From Nemertoderma westbladi (Eukaryota > Animalia > Xenacoelomorpha), in contig JAUCBJ010001278.1 of NCBI GenBank assembly GCA_032718475.1, positions 1 through 47,372 on the forward strand: a stretch of 47,372 bases of DNA, read 5' to 3'. The position numbers and the translations under genes are program-made. Under the pieces are notes generated by a model. It saw only the letters and a list, made by a program, of their open reading frames with translations. It was not told the DNA's origin and did not search any database. Shown piece after piece: positions 1-14,010 of the stretch; within the stretch, counting starts at the first letter, position 1; each line of letters opens with the position of its first letter.

Positions 1-440
1 TGTGCCAATGTGTTAATTGCCGGTGATATTAATGATTTCTCCCGTACATCGTCTCATGTACATGCAGTCAGCCAATTTCTACAGGAATTAAATTTTGGCC
101 GTATGTGGGATATATTCCCTATTGATTTCACTTATACTTGTGTCAGGGAACAGTCTGTGTTTCATTCTACGTTAGATCACTTTTTTGGTAATAGTATGTT
201 ACTCGACAATGTTGTGGAATCAGATGTGATACATTCCGGTTCATTTATCTTGCACACTGCCAATTTTTATAAAGTTTGATATTGGTGTTTTAAATATGCC
301 GGCTGGTAATTTAACTGGTAATAGCAGTAATAAATGTCGAGCCTAATTTTAAACGAGCCTCATGTGAAAAACAACGTGAGTTTAGTGCTAAATTAACTGG
401 GGCACTGAATAATTTGGAATCTTTTTCGGACATTTCGTTG
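1..440 (+). pseudogene. CR1/L2-clade LINE ORF2 fragment (AP endonuclease)
   Basis: LIAGDIN, FTY and STLDHF motifs of the APE domain; disrupted downstream. Confidence 0.65.
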
Positions 441-450
441 TGTAACTATC

Positions 451-614
451 TTTATTGAACTGTTACTGTATTTGTTATTTTGTACGGATATTTTGTACGA
501 GTAACTATTATTTCGTCCAAGGACTGTTATAACGTCCGAGGCGAAGCCGGGGACTTATAACACGTCCCTTATAACACGACTTGTAACACAAAATAACAAA
601 TAACAGTTCAATAA
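451..614. mobile_element. Small foldback/MITE-like element with central hairpin
   Basis: tttattgaactgtta..tttgttattttgt is the imperfect reverse complement of acaaaataacaaataacagttcaataaa; central gtccgaggcgaagccggggac hairpin. Confidence 0.55.
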
Positions 615-1586
615 ATGTGTTGTCTCCCTGAGAAGGTTAACAATTCTAAAAGGGTTTAGTTTGGGGGAGAGTAAAGAAAATGGGGCATGGAATTTTTGGG
701 GGATAATATAAATAACGGTATTTATTACGGACTCTATTTAAAAATCTCAATATTTTAGCGGGAAATAATACAGTAAAACAGTAATAAAGGTAATTTAAGC
801 GTTTTTATTTAATTTCTCTATGTAAATAGACTGACCATTGATGATGTTACAGTAGAAAATTTCCTCCCTCAATATTTCGATTGCGGGCAGGTGACAGACT
901 AATCAGTTTAATTAAATTATTACTCATTGTTGCTCTTTCTTCATTGGCGGAAGACATATTTCACGGCTCGGGTCTCTCTGCGAAGTCATGCTGTGAAGCT
1001 GATCCTCTCATGGGGGTTTTTGCTTAATTTAGTGGTCGAGGAGAACATTATACTGTAGGCCTACAGTAGATACATTGTGACACAGCTGTAGTTAATTTGG
1101 CAGAATGGTTGGTCAGCGTTTCTAAGAGATGGATCTACCGTTTTGTGATACTCACTCCAAGGCACTCAGGACTTAGGCGACGCCCATTCCCACCATTTTC
1201 ATTCTCATACCTCTGCCATCGGACTATTTAACATACAAACCACTCTAGAACATATTATGTATTTTGTTACATTATTATGACAACTTATCAGCGTTCTGGT
1301 GATATCTCCGCAACGCAGCGTAGTACTTATTTACAGCTTTGCGGCCTATATGACGGAATCCTGCAAAGTATTCACAACTTAATAGCAATAAACTCCTAAA
1401 CGTCTTGACTGTTCTCAGTCTATCGATGAGAGCCACGACTGTAAGTGTAACATTATTTACGTTACCTTTGTTACAATAACTGCAAGCAATTTCTTAAAAA
1501 GGATATCAGTTTCACTTATATCACATTTCAATATTTAAATATAATAATTTTAAGCGTTGAAAACGCAGACAAGTTCACATAATGTA

Positions 1587-2143
1587 ACACGTTCGTGGGG
1601 CCTTCGCGCAGCACGAGGCCCAGTTATGAGATACAAATTAAAATTGTGCGACTGTATCACAAAATCATGTTATGAGAGATTAACCCACACCACCAATTAA
1701 TCAAAGAAAGGGGGACAGTACGTGTTCACCCCTTTTAATCTGCACCCCCCCCCCCCTCCCCCCACCCACCAATACATAACCGCGACATCTACCACCCACG
1801 GAAGGGTAGCACGAACTTATTTCCAAACGCACGTTCAATATGCAAAGCCAGGTGGTTTATAGGAATATAATCAATGCAGTACTCGTCTTCATTATAAGCC
1901 TCTTTGCGTTCGACCTGTTTTGTATTAAAATATATTTATTAAACGCAGGCTGACGCTCTTTATAATAATAATACCTAGGGATGCCAGCTTCCAGACTTTC
2001 AATCTTTACTGCCACGCAAACCCCGCAGAGGAAGTTTTGGTTTGAGAGATCAAGCCCATCGGCAATTGGTGTTTCAATTTCGGTCCAGGAACTCTGCACA
2101 ACCTGCCGGAGCATTCAATCTTAGCTGTGGTCCATTCCCGTGG
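1587..2143. repeat. ~555-bp direct repeat, copy 1
   Basis: Near-identical to 3146-3695. Confidence 0.9.
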
Positions 2144-3145
2144 TTTCGGCTTCCTTTTCTTCGTCCCAATGACAGATTCTTCTGAAGACGTTCGATTCGC
2201 TTTCAGTTTATTGTTGGCGTTTGTGTTTTGAAGTTGTATTCGAGTGGACAGTCGCGCCGGTTTCGAGGTAACCATACCGACCTGTGATAAGCGTTGGTTT
2301 TGTTGAGTGCCGGTATTCATCTTCTCTCACCTCTTCAATGTCAGATGTTGCAAATACTGATAACACGAATAACGGTATATATTTCAATACTTGTCAATAG
2401 TAATATATATAATTTAGATAACTATTTTATATCTGTACTGTTGAGCAAACTCTACATAAATTCCAACCTGTGTATCGCCGGTAGTGCTGTTGCTGCAGTG
2501 CTGTGCAAGTGTGCTGAAGTGCTAGTTGCCACCGGTCAGCCGGTACCGGTAGTAGGGTGGTACCTACGGTGCGCACTACAACGGCAGTACAGCAATACGG
2601 TGTACCGTGCCAATGACTGAATGATTAGCGGTAACTATCTAAACTATTATATTATTATTACCGGTGCCGGTACTGGGCTATTAGGCCTAAACTATAATCA
2701 CCGCAAGGGTTGCGCAGGGCCATGTTTAATTAGATTACATGATATGGCATGTCTGCAGTGTATGGTACCGGCTGACCAGTATTGCAGTATTGACTGATTG
2801 CAGGATTCTCGATTCAGGGATTGAGTACAGCCTGACAGTACCGGTACACATGGTACATGCAGACAGCCACAATGTATTGCAAAATTTGTCAGAAACCCAG
2901 CTGATTTATCCTACAGTAATAATAATTTAACGCATTTTAAATTTGGATAAATAAATTTATTATAACTGCAATAACAGTTACACTGATGCTGCACGAAGGC
3001 CCCACGCAAATTCTACTTGGAAAATTTTCAAACTTTTGCCAAACAACATGTGTACCAAGTTTGGATAGATTTCATCAAGGATTGGCCGAGTTATTAACGT
3101 TTAAAATAAAATACTGAAAAAAAAACGCGACAGAACGACAGAACG

Positions 3146-3695
3146 ACACGTTCGTGGGGCCTTCGCGCAGCACGAGGCCCAGTTATGAGATACAAATTAA
3201 AATTGTGCGACTGTATCACAAAATCAGGTTATGAGAGATTAACCCACACCACCAATTAATCAAAGAAAGGGGGACAGTACGTGTTCACCCCTTTTAATCT
3301 GCACCCCCCCCCCTCCCCCCACCCACCAATACATAACCGCGACATCTACCACCCACGGAAGGGTAGCACGAACTTATTTCCAAACGCACGTTCAATATGC
3401 AAAGCCAGGTGGTTTATAGGAATATAATCAATGCAGTACTCGTCTTCATTATAAGCCTCTTTGCGTTCGACCTGTTTTGTATTAAAATATATTTATTAAA
3501 CGCAGGCTGACGCTCTTTATAATAATAATACCTAGGGATGCCAGCTTCCAGACTTTCAATCTTTACTGCCGCGCAAACCCCGCAGAGGAAGTTTTGGTTT
3601 GAGAGATCAAGCCCATTGGCAATTGGTGTTTCAATTTCGGTCCAGGAACTCTGACAATGGGAGCATTCAATCTTAGCTGTGGTCCATTCCCGTGG
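3146..3695. repeat. ~550-bp direct repeat, copy 2
   Basis: Near-identical to 1587-2143. Confidence 0.9.
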
Positions 3696-3739
3696 AATCT
3701 CGTCTTCAGCACAAACTCTGAACCCGCGAAATCAAAGTC

Positions 3740-3855
3740 AAAATGTATTCGTTTCGATTCAGTATGGATTGAAACAAAGAAATCACATTAATTTAAAAGG
3801 TGTTGTTGATCTTCCGTGGGTCAAAAAGGCGTTACATTTAGGTAATTTAATAGAT
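3740..3855 (+). pseudogene. LINE ORF2 fragment (post-RT region)
   Basis: LPWVKKALHLGNLI resembles the LPWV..xkhLG motif after LINE RT; probably the same element as 5071-6044. Confidence 0.45.
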
Positions 3856-5070
3856 TACAGTCCCTATCTCATTCTAGATACCGTTTCTCAAACTGGGTAC
3901 CTTCTTTCTTACCTCACTCTTACTAACTCACACCATGTCTGGTTTACTCAAACCCAACTCTAACTCGCGTAACCCCCCACTGTGCACTGTGTAGCATTCA
4001 TACAACAAGCTGTCTGTGTATAATGACCCACTCGCTTCTGTTATACTCTGCCTACTGGTACTTGATGGTCTCCTGCTGTTACTGTATAAATATTCCCGTA
4101 ACTTGATTCCCCAACTTGATTTGTTTGTGTGTAATTAACTCCGGTAGACAGCGAGAATTAACTTGCAGACTCAGTGACTCAATTTATTTTTAAATTTCAG
4201 AATAAAAAAATTATATGCTAAATTATTAAACTGAAGATGTATTAATTTTTATTACATTTATTAAGTATGTATGACTCATACAAGGTGTACTACTGTAAAT
4301 AACGTTATTTAGTACACCTTGGACTAATAACATATTAATGTTATTTTACTTTAAAATATAACCGTATAATATAACCAACCAATTTTATAACTTTATTTTA
4401 ATGTCGTGCATATTTCGCTAATGTTTCTAATGTTTAACTTTAATGTTTTACTAGTGTTTAATTCTCTATTCGCAATATATCCGGGTGTGGGTATACCGGA
4501 CAAAGGGGCCAGAGGAAACCTCTGTAATTATAGACAGGGCCATATTTACGGGAGGGGGGGGGGGGGGTGTTGCGAGGTCCCCTATGTACTAATAATTCTT
4601 AATTAACCATTAGATTTTTAAACTGATATGTCTTGTAAGGCACCAATTGACATCAAACAGACAGACAACAGAGCACCAATTTCCCCCAACAATATTCCCA
4701 GAATTAAAACTTTCTCTACAAACAGACCGAGCCAGTGTGGTTTAGTTAACAACATACATTTAGTAAAGCCCCCAAAGGAACTGCGTCATTGACATGTCTT
4801 TTATGAGCCACACCGCAAACCGGCCTGCCCTGCTATGTAATTCGACCCATTAACTCAAAAGCCCAAGCAGCAGACAGAGGCCCCTTCCCCATGTGGTGCC
4901 TCACTCAACCAGAGTAATTATCCATCCCGTACAGGAAGAGTAATGCTGAGTATGACACAGTTGGAAGTCAACCTATCTCAAACCATGGCGCCCGACTCTA
5001 GTTTGAGTTAGATTGAGCTGGCTGCATTTTCTGATTTCTCAACTCTTACCCCAGTCTTACTTACTGAAAT

Positions 5071-6044
5071 TCTCCGTTGACTATCATTAGTAAAAGGTTT
5101 GAGAAATAATATTCAAAATGAGATAGGTACTGTATAAGAACACAATGGAGTCTGACATTACACGTAAGCGCGGTCAATTCATAGGAAAACTCAACGCCCT
5201 TCGCCAAGAATTGTATTTTGCAGACCGGTACCAACTGTGTAATATCCAACGTTTATATGCAACGAGTTTTTACGGCAGCAGTTTATGGGACCTGTTTTCT
5301 CCAGTGTACTAGAATTTATAGCGCGTTTTTACGGCAGCAGTTTATGGGACCTGTTTTCTCCACAGTGTACTAGAATTTATAGCGCTTGGAACATTAATAC
5401 ATTAGGATTATTTTTGGTTTACCTCGATTGACTCACAGATTTATTGTTGAAAATGTAGTCAATTTTATGCATCCCTGTATTATGTTACAATCGAGATTTG
5501 TGTCATTTAGTTGTAGTTTACTGTCTTACTGTCTTCAATCAAACCATCCATTCGTTTTTTGGCTGAATTGTGTTTGTTCGATTACAGATCGCGAGCCGGT
5601 TGTAATTTAAGAAAAATTGGTAATTTGTGCAATTGGCGTAATTTACGGTCATTAACTGTTAAGAATGTAAAGCAATTATCATATGTGCCGTGCGGTATTG
5701 ATAACTTATGGAAGGTCAATTTATGTAAAGAATTATTCAATTGTATCTCAGATAACTGGGAGATCCCTTATTTTAGTACAAACGAATTAAACGATATATT
5801 GGAGTATATAGCCACAGTGTAAACGATTTAATATTATTTTTTGTGTATTTGTCTCATATTGGTTGTGCATCTATTCTATTCATGTGCCATCATTAATCCT
5901 GGTTTGTCTGTTCCTGTTGGCTCTGTATTTACTTACTTTACACTCGATTTGTGCTACCTAGTTATTAGTATACTTTTCTACGCTGTACTTATTACTGTGT
6001 TAATAACGTACGATATTAAATTAAATAAATAAATAAATAAATAA
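5071..6044 (+). mobile_element. 3' end of a CR1/L2-clade LINE with (TAAA)n tail
   Basis: Broken frames read RGQFIGKLNALRQEL..., SFYGSSLWDLFS, SAWNINTIRIIFGLPRLTHRFIVE; ends in (taaa)n at 6022-6044; internal ~58-bp tandem duplication near 5265-5385. Confidence 0.7.
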
Positions 6045-6618
6045 TCGCCACCTTCATTAGCCTCGTTGCGCTCGTCCTGAAGGCTCCAAGCAAATTCAAC
6101 GGGAAAAATTTCTCAGCTTTTGCCAAACAACATGTGTACCAAGTTTGGTTAGATTTCATCAAGGATTCGCCGAGTTATTAACGTTTAAAATTGGACACGA
6201 CAGAACTACAGACACACCGATTGAGTTTGTGGTACCCGTGTGCTTAGCTCGCTTACTTTCGTGGCTCGCCCCACATAATATGGTGACTGGTTCTACAGTT
6301 AGTGTAAGCACAAGTCACATCACTAGCTAACAATAAGCCTAGTGCAGTGCGCAGTTCAGTTTGTAGGCCTACCGTACAGGAAGTAAGTAGTTGCCAATAT
6401 CAATCACTCCCATCTTTCACATGGTAATATGAAATCTGTACTGATTATATTAAACCTTAAACAGCAATACTGTATGACTACGATATACAATATTAAAATA
6501 TTGCAAAGTATTACACTAGATTTGCTTGCATTTAGCTTAGATCTTTATTAATTCTCATACGTTTTAAAAACTAATAAATAGGCCTATCGACATCCAAAAT
6601 ATCAAGGAAGGAAGAGCA

Positions 6619-6679
6619 ATGGATGTCAATCACGAAGTTTCACTTTTGGTGCGAGAAATTAAACGTCTGGGCACTCCTA
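6619..6679 (+). CDS. ABRACL: Costars family protein (ABRACL), coding exon 1
   Basis: ATG at 6619 reads MDVNHEVSLLVREIKRLGTP, then one base and a GTAAGT donor at 6680. This closely matches the ABRACL N-terminus (MNVDHEVNLLVEEIHRLG). Phase-1 intron. Confidence 0.93.
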
Positions 6680-7170
6680 GTAAGTTATTTGTAAATCTAC
6701 TCGTATTTGGGGTTGGGGTCTACTCTCTACGCACATGTATCAATTCTAAAGTACGCGAGACATACCGGTACCATTATTAGGTATAATATATCCGTCGAAT
6801 AATTGATACCCGGTACCGGGTTACCGGTACGTCTACGCACTACGCAGCAGCTCCATGATTAGGATGAGGTAGGTGGCAGAGCCCTTGGTAGAACGGTTGA
6901 ACAGTTTAATAGCAAAGGGCAACCCCCTGGTGGTGAATCTTAGTCGTATAGCTTCTGTTCATTTTGTGGTGCGGCAAATAGAGTAATATATTATTATTAA
7001 TTTCAGTATTTGATACTTTTATTTTATTGTGTGTTCAATTTAATGTTTTGCTTACGTACAGTAGACCTACTTGTCTGTGTGTAAAGTAAAGGAGGTGCCA
7101 TCTGTGGCTGCATAGGCCCTCTTACTAAGGGCAAATCTGGTCCTGTAACTATGACCCCCTTCGTTCTGGG

Positions 7171-8999
7171 CAGGGGCGTATTAAGGGGGGTGCAGGTGCA
7201 CCCGGGCCGTCGCCTCCAAGGGGCCGCCAGGTGCTTTTGTTGTCAAGGTGCCAAATATAATGTTTATAATACATTATTTTTAACGGAATAAGTCACTTAC
7301 AAACCCTAATTATCCAGAAATTACTCTTAGATTAAGTGTAAGATACCATTTCGACCATAAAATTCGTACAGGTCCCGTACTTTACCTAACCGTCCCAAAC
7401 TTTACTACACAAAACACATTGTAAAAAATTACCAATGTAGGAATTCGTCCGAAATTTATATTTTTATTTAAGCTTAATATTACAGCTTTATCCTAAACAT
7501 CAAATCAACTCAACACCATACCTGCGCACAATTCGCTAAACTTTAGAATTGAAATCATAAAATAAAAAAAACAATTTCGTACGAATCCACCTTGGACAAG
7601 CTGGTGTGTTCGCGCTTTTAGACCTTTAGCAGTTTAACCTGCCAATTTTAGTTGTCCTCTTGTTTATAAATCGACTTTAGCCTTTACCAATTACCTAGTG
7701 TACTGAAGTTACATCAGCCGAAGCCAGTCCGTGCGCGGCGTATGACCCACGGTGTGGGAGACTGGATTCGGATTCCTTGGGAGTTATTGCAGTGTAGACC
7801 TACTGTATTATTCGATTGATCGCTACTATATAATCTCTGACAACTATATTTACTTTCGGGGAAATATTAACAGTTCCTTTAGGACGTGGCGCTTTAAGTA
7901 TAAAAACAGAGTTATGACTTATACTAATCACAACTAGATGGCCACAGAGTTTCGTAAATAGCGCATTCTTTAGGAGATGCTTTATTAACCTTCACACTAC
8001 TTCACACGACTTACACACTACTTCACACTACTTTACACTAGTTCGCACTAATCTGCCGACCGTCACTGAATTTGATCATATATAAGGAGGATTGCAACTG
8101 ACACACGTAGGGATTATGAAATAGCATTTAATTCACACAAAACCACTATAATTTAAGTCGCAGTTGCTACCGGTAAACTCTATTCCTCTTACCTCAGTAA
8201 TCAATAAGATTGAGGGGTTTATGATTATTTATCGGTATTCTCCAAATATAACATCAATATCCATTAATATAACAACAATTAATACTATAAACAGAAGTAA
8301 AATAATGCGGTGAACAGTCAGTATGTGTTACTTATGCAGTTATGAAATGTTCGGTAGTTCAGAAAATAGTAAAATAAATGTTCAATGTTAATAGATTTAC
8401 GTTCTTATAACCAAGGCCATCTGATGTTCCTAGGCCAAAGTCTGAAACTTCCGCACAGAAGCACAGAAAATTCTGAGTTGGTTCTGATGCTCAGAAAATA
8501 GTAAACAAAGACCGTAATGCATTGCGCGAGTTTCCATAGGTTTCTGTTAGACATAAAGTGAAAATTGCTCTGATTGGCTGAATAAGACAGAACAAAGAAC
8601 TTCCACGTCCACAAAGAATCAGCTGACAGATTTCGTCATCTTGGTTCTAATTCCTTCCCGTCGCGTAGTTGGATAAATTTAGGGCTATTTTAGAGTATTC
8701 TGCGCATTGCGTAAAAATGACTTGTTATGTCCGCAAAAGCTTTTACATGGTGTTTTCTCAAAAGTGACCAAGTCCCGCAATCTTCGCGAAATCAAAGCTG
8801 ATATTCGAAAGTTCAATCCAAGCACAATGTTGTGCACATATGTGCTGTGGATAACATTGTACAGGCAATCAAATTTCAAAATTGTGTACGAATGTCCCAT
8901 ACTTTACTTTGGAATGAGCCAACAGGGGGGGGGGGGGGGGGGGGGGGGGGCAGCAATGGAAAAGTGCACCCGGGCCGCCATGTCCTTAATCCGCCCCTG
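7171..8999. mobile_element. Non-autonomous DNA transposon, hAT-like termini
   Basis: TIRs caggggcgtattaagg / ccttaatccgcccctg (15/16 match); subterminal gtgcacccgggccg at both ends; no clean TSD seen. Confidence 0.7.
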
Positions 9000-9108
9000 A
9001 TAGAGATGGGATAGGGATGCCCTTGGTCCTGGATTAAGGACCCATATACTTGGCTGCAGGGGTATATGGCCTGACCAGGCAGATGGTGATCTACCAATGG
9101 CTGGTCAG

Positions 9109-10408
9109 TAGTGTTGAGAACTGTAACTGTAATTATACTGTAACTGCAACTGTAACTGAATGGTTTTGATGATTTTTTTGATACTGTAACTATAACTGTA
9201 ACTGTAATTGCGAACTTTGAATACTGTAACTGTAACTGAAACTGTAATTACGTATTTTGAATACTGTAACTGAAACTGAAACTGAAATTAACAAAATCCG
9301 ATTCAGTTCTCAATCACACAATTAACATGAATAAGCATTTAAAACAGTATTGTAATAAAGTATAGAGTATAGTTTAATAAATGAATAACAGTGGTTACCA
9401 TAGGTATCATTTTTAAAACATTGTTATAAAAAAAACAATCTCGTTTTTTCCACTTCTGAACAAAACCATAATATTACACAATATAAAATCAAAGACCCAT
9501 TGCCCACTTAGCTCAAATGTGATTTATTTGGAGAGTCAAGTAGTGAACGAAGATCTAGCATATAGTCTATGTTCATCGGACTCAACTATTAGACTATTAT
9601 CAGACCTTATCACCACTTTTGCTTCATATTAAATGTAAATGTTTTAGATAAACAAAGAAAAGTTAGGCCTAATGGTAGAGGGATATTAACGGATATATAT
9701 TTTACATTATTAATTATTAATGTTTTTACCGGTACTATTAATATCACAATCACACTAGAGGCACACTGGAAATTAAATTTTGATCAAGTTTACCATTATA
9801 AATTACAAAATTAAACTTAAAAGTGAAAGGAGCAGCTTATCGAGGTGGGTCTAACCAAAACAATAAATATATGATTACTAAAACAAATTACGAATTAAGG
9901 AAAATGAGCAGGATTCAGAAGCATGGCTTTATAACCAAAACAATAAATGATAACAATAAGTGTACAAGCACTGAAACAAGATGTACAGTAAAATGTGGGT
10001 GCCTTTAGTGTGATCTTGTGACGTGCCACTTTCATTACATACTATCAGTATATTAGTTACAAAATATTACCATAGCGTGGGTCCAACTTTCCTACAACAA
10101 CTACCTATTAGCTCTAGAAAGAGGACGTTTCGTAATGAACATTATTATTAGCGTATATAACAGTAATATATTAAAGTGCCTCATTTTTAGTTTCAGATGA
10201 CTGCTTACTACGTGAGATCATATATATTGAATCTATAACTGAAACTGTAACTGAAACTGAAATGTTACACTTTGTAATACTGAAACTGTAACTGTAACTG
10301 AAATGCAAAACTTTGAATACTGTAACTGTAACTGAAATGCAAAACTTTGAATACTGAAACTGTAACTGTAACTGAAATTAGTCAAAATTGATTCAGTTCT
10401 CAACACTA
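9109..10408. mobile_element. Non-autonomous hAT element
   Basis: TIRs tagtgttgagaactg / cagttctcaacacta; perfect 8-bp TSD ctggtcag (9101-9108, 10409-10416); subterminal aactgt/aactga arrays. Confidence 0.92.
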
Positions 10409-13400
10409 CTGGTCAGGAGTAGAGTGTTCTCATGTCCACTCTGAGTGCACTTCACTGCGACGTGCACCTGGTAGCAGGGGTACAGGGCATGACCCAGCAG
10501 ATGAGCTGCACAGCCAATGGTGGGTCATGTGCGCGAGAGAAGATATGGGTAATGGGCCTCATATCTGACTCCACTGCGACACCCACCCTGTGGAATGGCA
10601 AACCAGGGTGTGTTATTTGCCCCGAGAGCTGACTCGGCAAAAAAGCACGCCCCAACCCCCACTATGGATTACATTTGTAATGCGGGGGTCCGGCCACTAG
10701 AGGCCAGTGGAATGACTGGACACAATCGGCCTCACAGGCATCAGTTAACTCCTGACCGGCTGCCTGTCTCACCCCCTACTGGAGAGAAAGCAGCCAACAA
10801 TTCTTTGAGTCCCTTTCCTGATGACCTTTCTGGCCCAAACCCTGGGTCACCAGGGAGGCCAGATTGTGAGGGGGAGAGGGATTCTGGAGTTGGAGGCTAC
10901 TCTCATGTTCTACCCCGACCAACAAAGCCATTGGTGAATCTGAGGCAAGTCACTAGACTAGCCTCAGTAAACACCCTAACACTCGGGTCCCCAATGCGAC
11001 AAGGTGAGCTGACTGCCTTGGCAGATAAGCTTTCTCTTAGTGCAGTGGGTGTTCAACAGCACCGAATGCAGACTGGACAGACTGATGAGGTTCTGGTTAA
11101 GGACATGGGGGCGGTTGGTGACTCGCCCTCGCTTCAGCAGATGATAGTGGTAATGGTGGAATTGGTCTATTGATGAATCCAACTGCACATGCACATGCGC
11201 ATGCATGCAGCATTGGACAAAATAGACCAAATCTCTAACCGCATTATTCGTTGCCACTTCACCTGTTCTGGAAGACTGGCTAAGAAGTTTCCTAAGGTGG
11301 TTCTGATTGTGTGCTACTCTCCAACTAGTGTTGCCCCTGAAGAGGAGGTGGAAAATTTCTACCAGAATCTACAAGCAGCTACTGATGGAGTGGATCAGCA
11401 TGCATTCTTAACATTCCTGGGAGACTTTAATGCAAGTCTGCATCAATCACCTACATCGCCCTGGGTCTATAGCAATAGTGTTAACCGAAATTCCGCCCAT
11501 CTTCAGGATTTTATCTCTGGAAATGGATTGTTTTCGGCTGGAACCCAGTTCAAGAAGCAAACTGGAAAGCTATGGACTCATAGTGGACACGGGGTCACAA
11601 GTCCCAGATAGACCATATTCTGTTTCGTAGGAAATACAGGAACTCTATACAGGACTGTATTACATTTACACTTCGACCCTTCTCCAGTGATCACCGCCTT
11701 ATTGTGGCCAAGGTAAGACTTAGCACATTTACACTTCGACCCTTCTCCAGTGATCACCGCCTTATTGTGGCCAAGGTAAGACTTAGCAGCAGAACAACAA
11801 AATCTGCCTTGCCGCGGCATGACTGGTCCTCTATGTTGCAACAGCCAAGTGTGAGATCCAGCTTCACACTACAGATGTACAACAGGTATTAGGCTTTTGC
11901 CACTGAGGCGGCAGATCACTGCGAGGGCTATACTGTCTTCACAGAAGCAGTTAAGTTAGCAGCTGTAGAAACTGTAGCTGTTAGCAGCTGTATACAGGAT
12001 CACCCTCGAAACAGGAAAAGACCCCCTGGACTGACCACAAAAGTCGTAAGTGCCGAAATGACCACCATAAGGCGCAGAAAGAGTCTCGACTCAAACAGAC
12101 TACAACGGCCAAGAATGCAGTTAAGTCTGTATCTTGGTCCCTGAAAAGGCAGTACTCTGTTATTCTACAGGAGCTTACAAACCACATGTTGATGCCATCA
12201 ATGATGCCGACGACAGCAGGCAATCATCCCAGGCATGGAAATCGATCAACTGAAGGTAGAATCACTAGCCGATCGCCTCAATGGTTGGAAGGCCCACTTT
12301 GAAAAGCTCCTCAATAATGACAGGGTATTGCCTGATAACTTTATAGAAGTAAACGTGTCCGAGTCTGTACGTTCAATGATATTCCCATTGGCGATATCTT
12401 CTTTGCTGAAGTTGAGGCTGCTGCAAAGAGCATTAAGACCAATCGTGCCAGTGGAGTACATGGTGTCCCCCCTGAGGTCTTTACAATACCTGAGTGTTTG
12501 AAGCTCACTTATCCCATCATAGTAGACATTTAAATAACGACAAGAGTCCAACAAGAAATGAAAACGAATAAGTTGGTGCCCGTGCCAGTTCCCAAGAAAG
12601 GCAACCTAACACCAACGGGCAACCATCAGTCTCTCGCTCACGTATGTTCAGCATACTTTCATTATATGGGATTCCTGATGAAATTATTGCACCAATCAAA
12701 GCAGTATACGATGGTTCGACAACATTTGTGTCTACTGACGGACGGACTGACTGACTGTGAGTACCTAACTGATCTAGACTTTGCTGATGACTTATGAGTA
12801 CTCTCAGAATCACTAGAGGGAGCCCAACGGCTCCTAAGGTCATTCGAACAGGCTGCTTCTAGTGTTGGTATTTTTATTAACTCACAAAAGACCAAAATTT
12901 TGACAGTTAACTTTGAAAGTCCTCAGCAAGTCTCTGACCGGATGACCATAAGCTCAAAGGATGGTATGCTTGAGCATGTGGACGACTTCTGTTACCTGGG
13001 ATCATGGATCCGGAAGTCAGGTGAGGGGTCCTTCGAATACGTAAGGGAAAGGCATGGGCAGCCTTGAATGGGCTTTCCAGGATTTGGAAGTCACACAGAA
13101 TTCATCGGAAATTTAAGGTCCGATTATTCAGAGCAGCAGTAGTTCCAGTACTCCTCTATGGGAGTCCATGCTGGGGTCTAACTGCTGAGGACACCAAATC
13201 TCTGGATGGCACATTCACAAGAATACTACGCCGGGTTCATTGTGTCAAGTACAATGAATTAGGAAGTGAGAAGTAGGCCATGCATTACTGCTGTAGTGCT
13301 TGTTTTCTACTTTATTTTTACGTACAGTAGTACATCATGTGATCTTAAATATCATCGAAATATTAAAGTAATTTAAATGCTTATATTTTCCTTGTTACAT

Positions 13401-13642
13401 AGGTACTGAGGAAAATTTGATTCAAATGAACAAACAACAATGAAATATGGCTAACTATGACTAAATGTTAAATTCTGATTTATAGGTGTTTTTATTTGAA
13501 ACTCTGTATAGTAAAATTTATAATTTTAAATTTGTTATTTTCAATTTTAAGTTTTAGAAATATTTCTAAACAAGTTTAAAAAATTTAGAAATCGCTATTT
13601 TAATTTATAAATTTCACTAACATATTTAGCAAAAAAAATCCT

Positions 13643-13817
13643 GTTCCCATGTAGATAATGAAATGTTCTATAAAGTACCAATTTATATATCTTTATTATT
13701 CCCATGTAGATATTGAAATGTTCTAGAAAGTACCAATTTACATCTTTATTCCCCCACCTGTAGATAATTAAATGTTCTATAAAGTACCAATTTATATATC
13801 TTTATTATTCCCATGTA
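13643..13817 (+). repeat. 52-bp satellite, left remnant (~3 units)
   Basis: Same unit as 29370-31857; cut off by the RTE insertion. Confidence 0.9.
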
Positions 13818-14010
13818 CTACTACTAGGTCGAGCGAACTCGGACAGTGGAAATGAGATCCTTCCAAGCTTCCCGATTCTCCATAGTTATACGCAATTTCG
13901 TTTCTCCCAAGTTCAGTATCCCTTTCAAGTTGATCTATATATGTTATGGCCGGTCGTCCACGAGTACGCTTTCCATGAGTTGGTTGAAAGAAAAGTAGAT
14001 CTGGTATGAC
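13818..14010 (-). mobile_element. RTE LINE 3' end with (TAG)n tail (continues at 27429-29369)
   Basis: RGRPAITYIDQLERDTEL C-terminus; TSD attcccatgta at 13807-13817 and 29370-29380. Confidence 0.9.

Larger units (their letters stand above)
7085..13260 (+). mobile_element. Decayed RTE-clade LINE (5' UTR, APE, partial RT), interrupted by two DNA elements
   Basis: APE motifs SVNTLTL, GVQQHR, CYSPT, FLGDFNA, IDHIL, SDHRL (10950-11790); RT LDFADDL near 12775; C-terminal KVRLFRAAVVPVLLYGSPCW. Many frameshifts; 5' boundary approximate. Confidence 0.85.
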
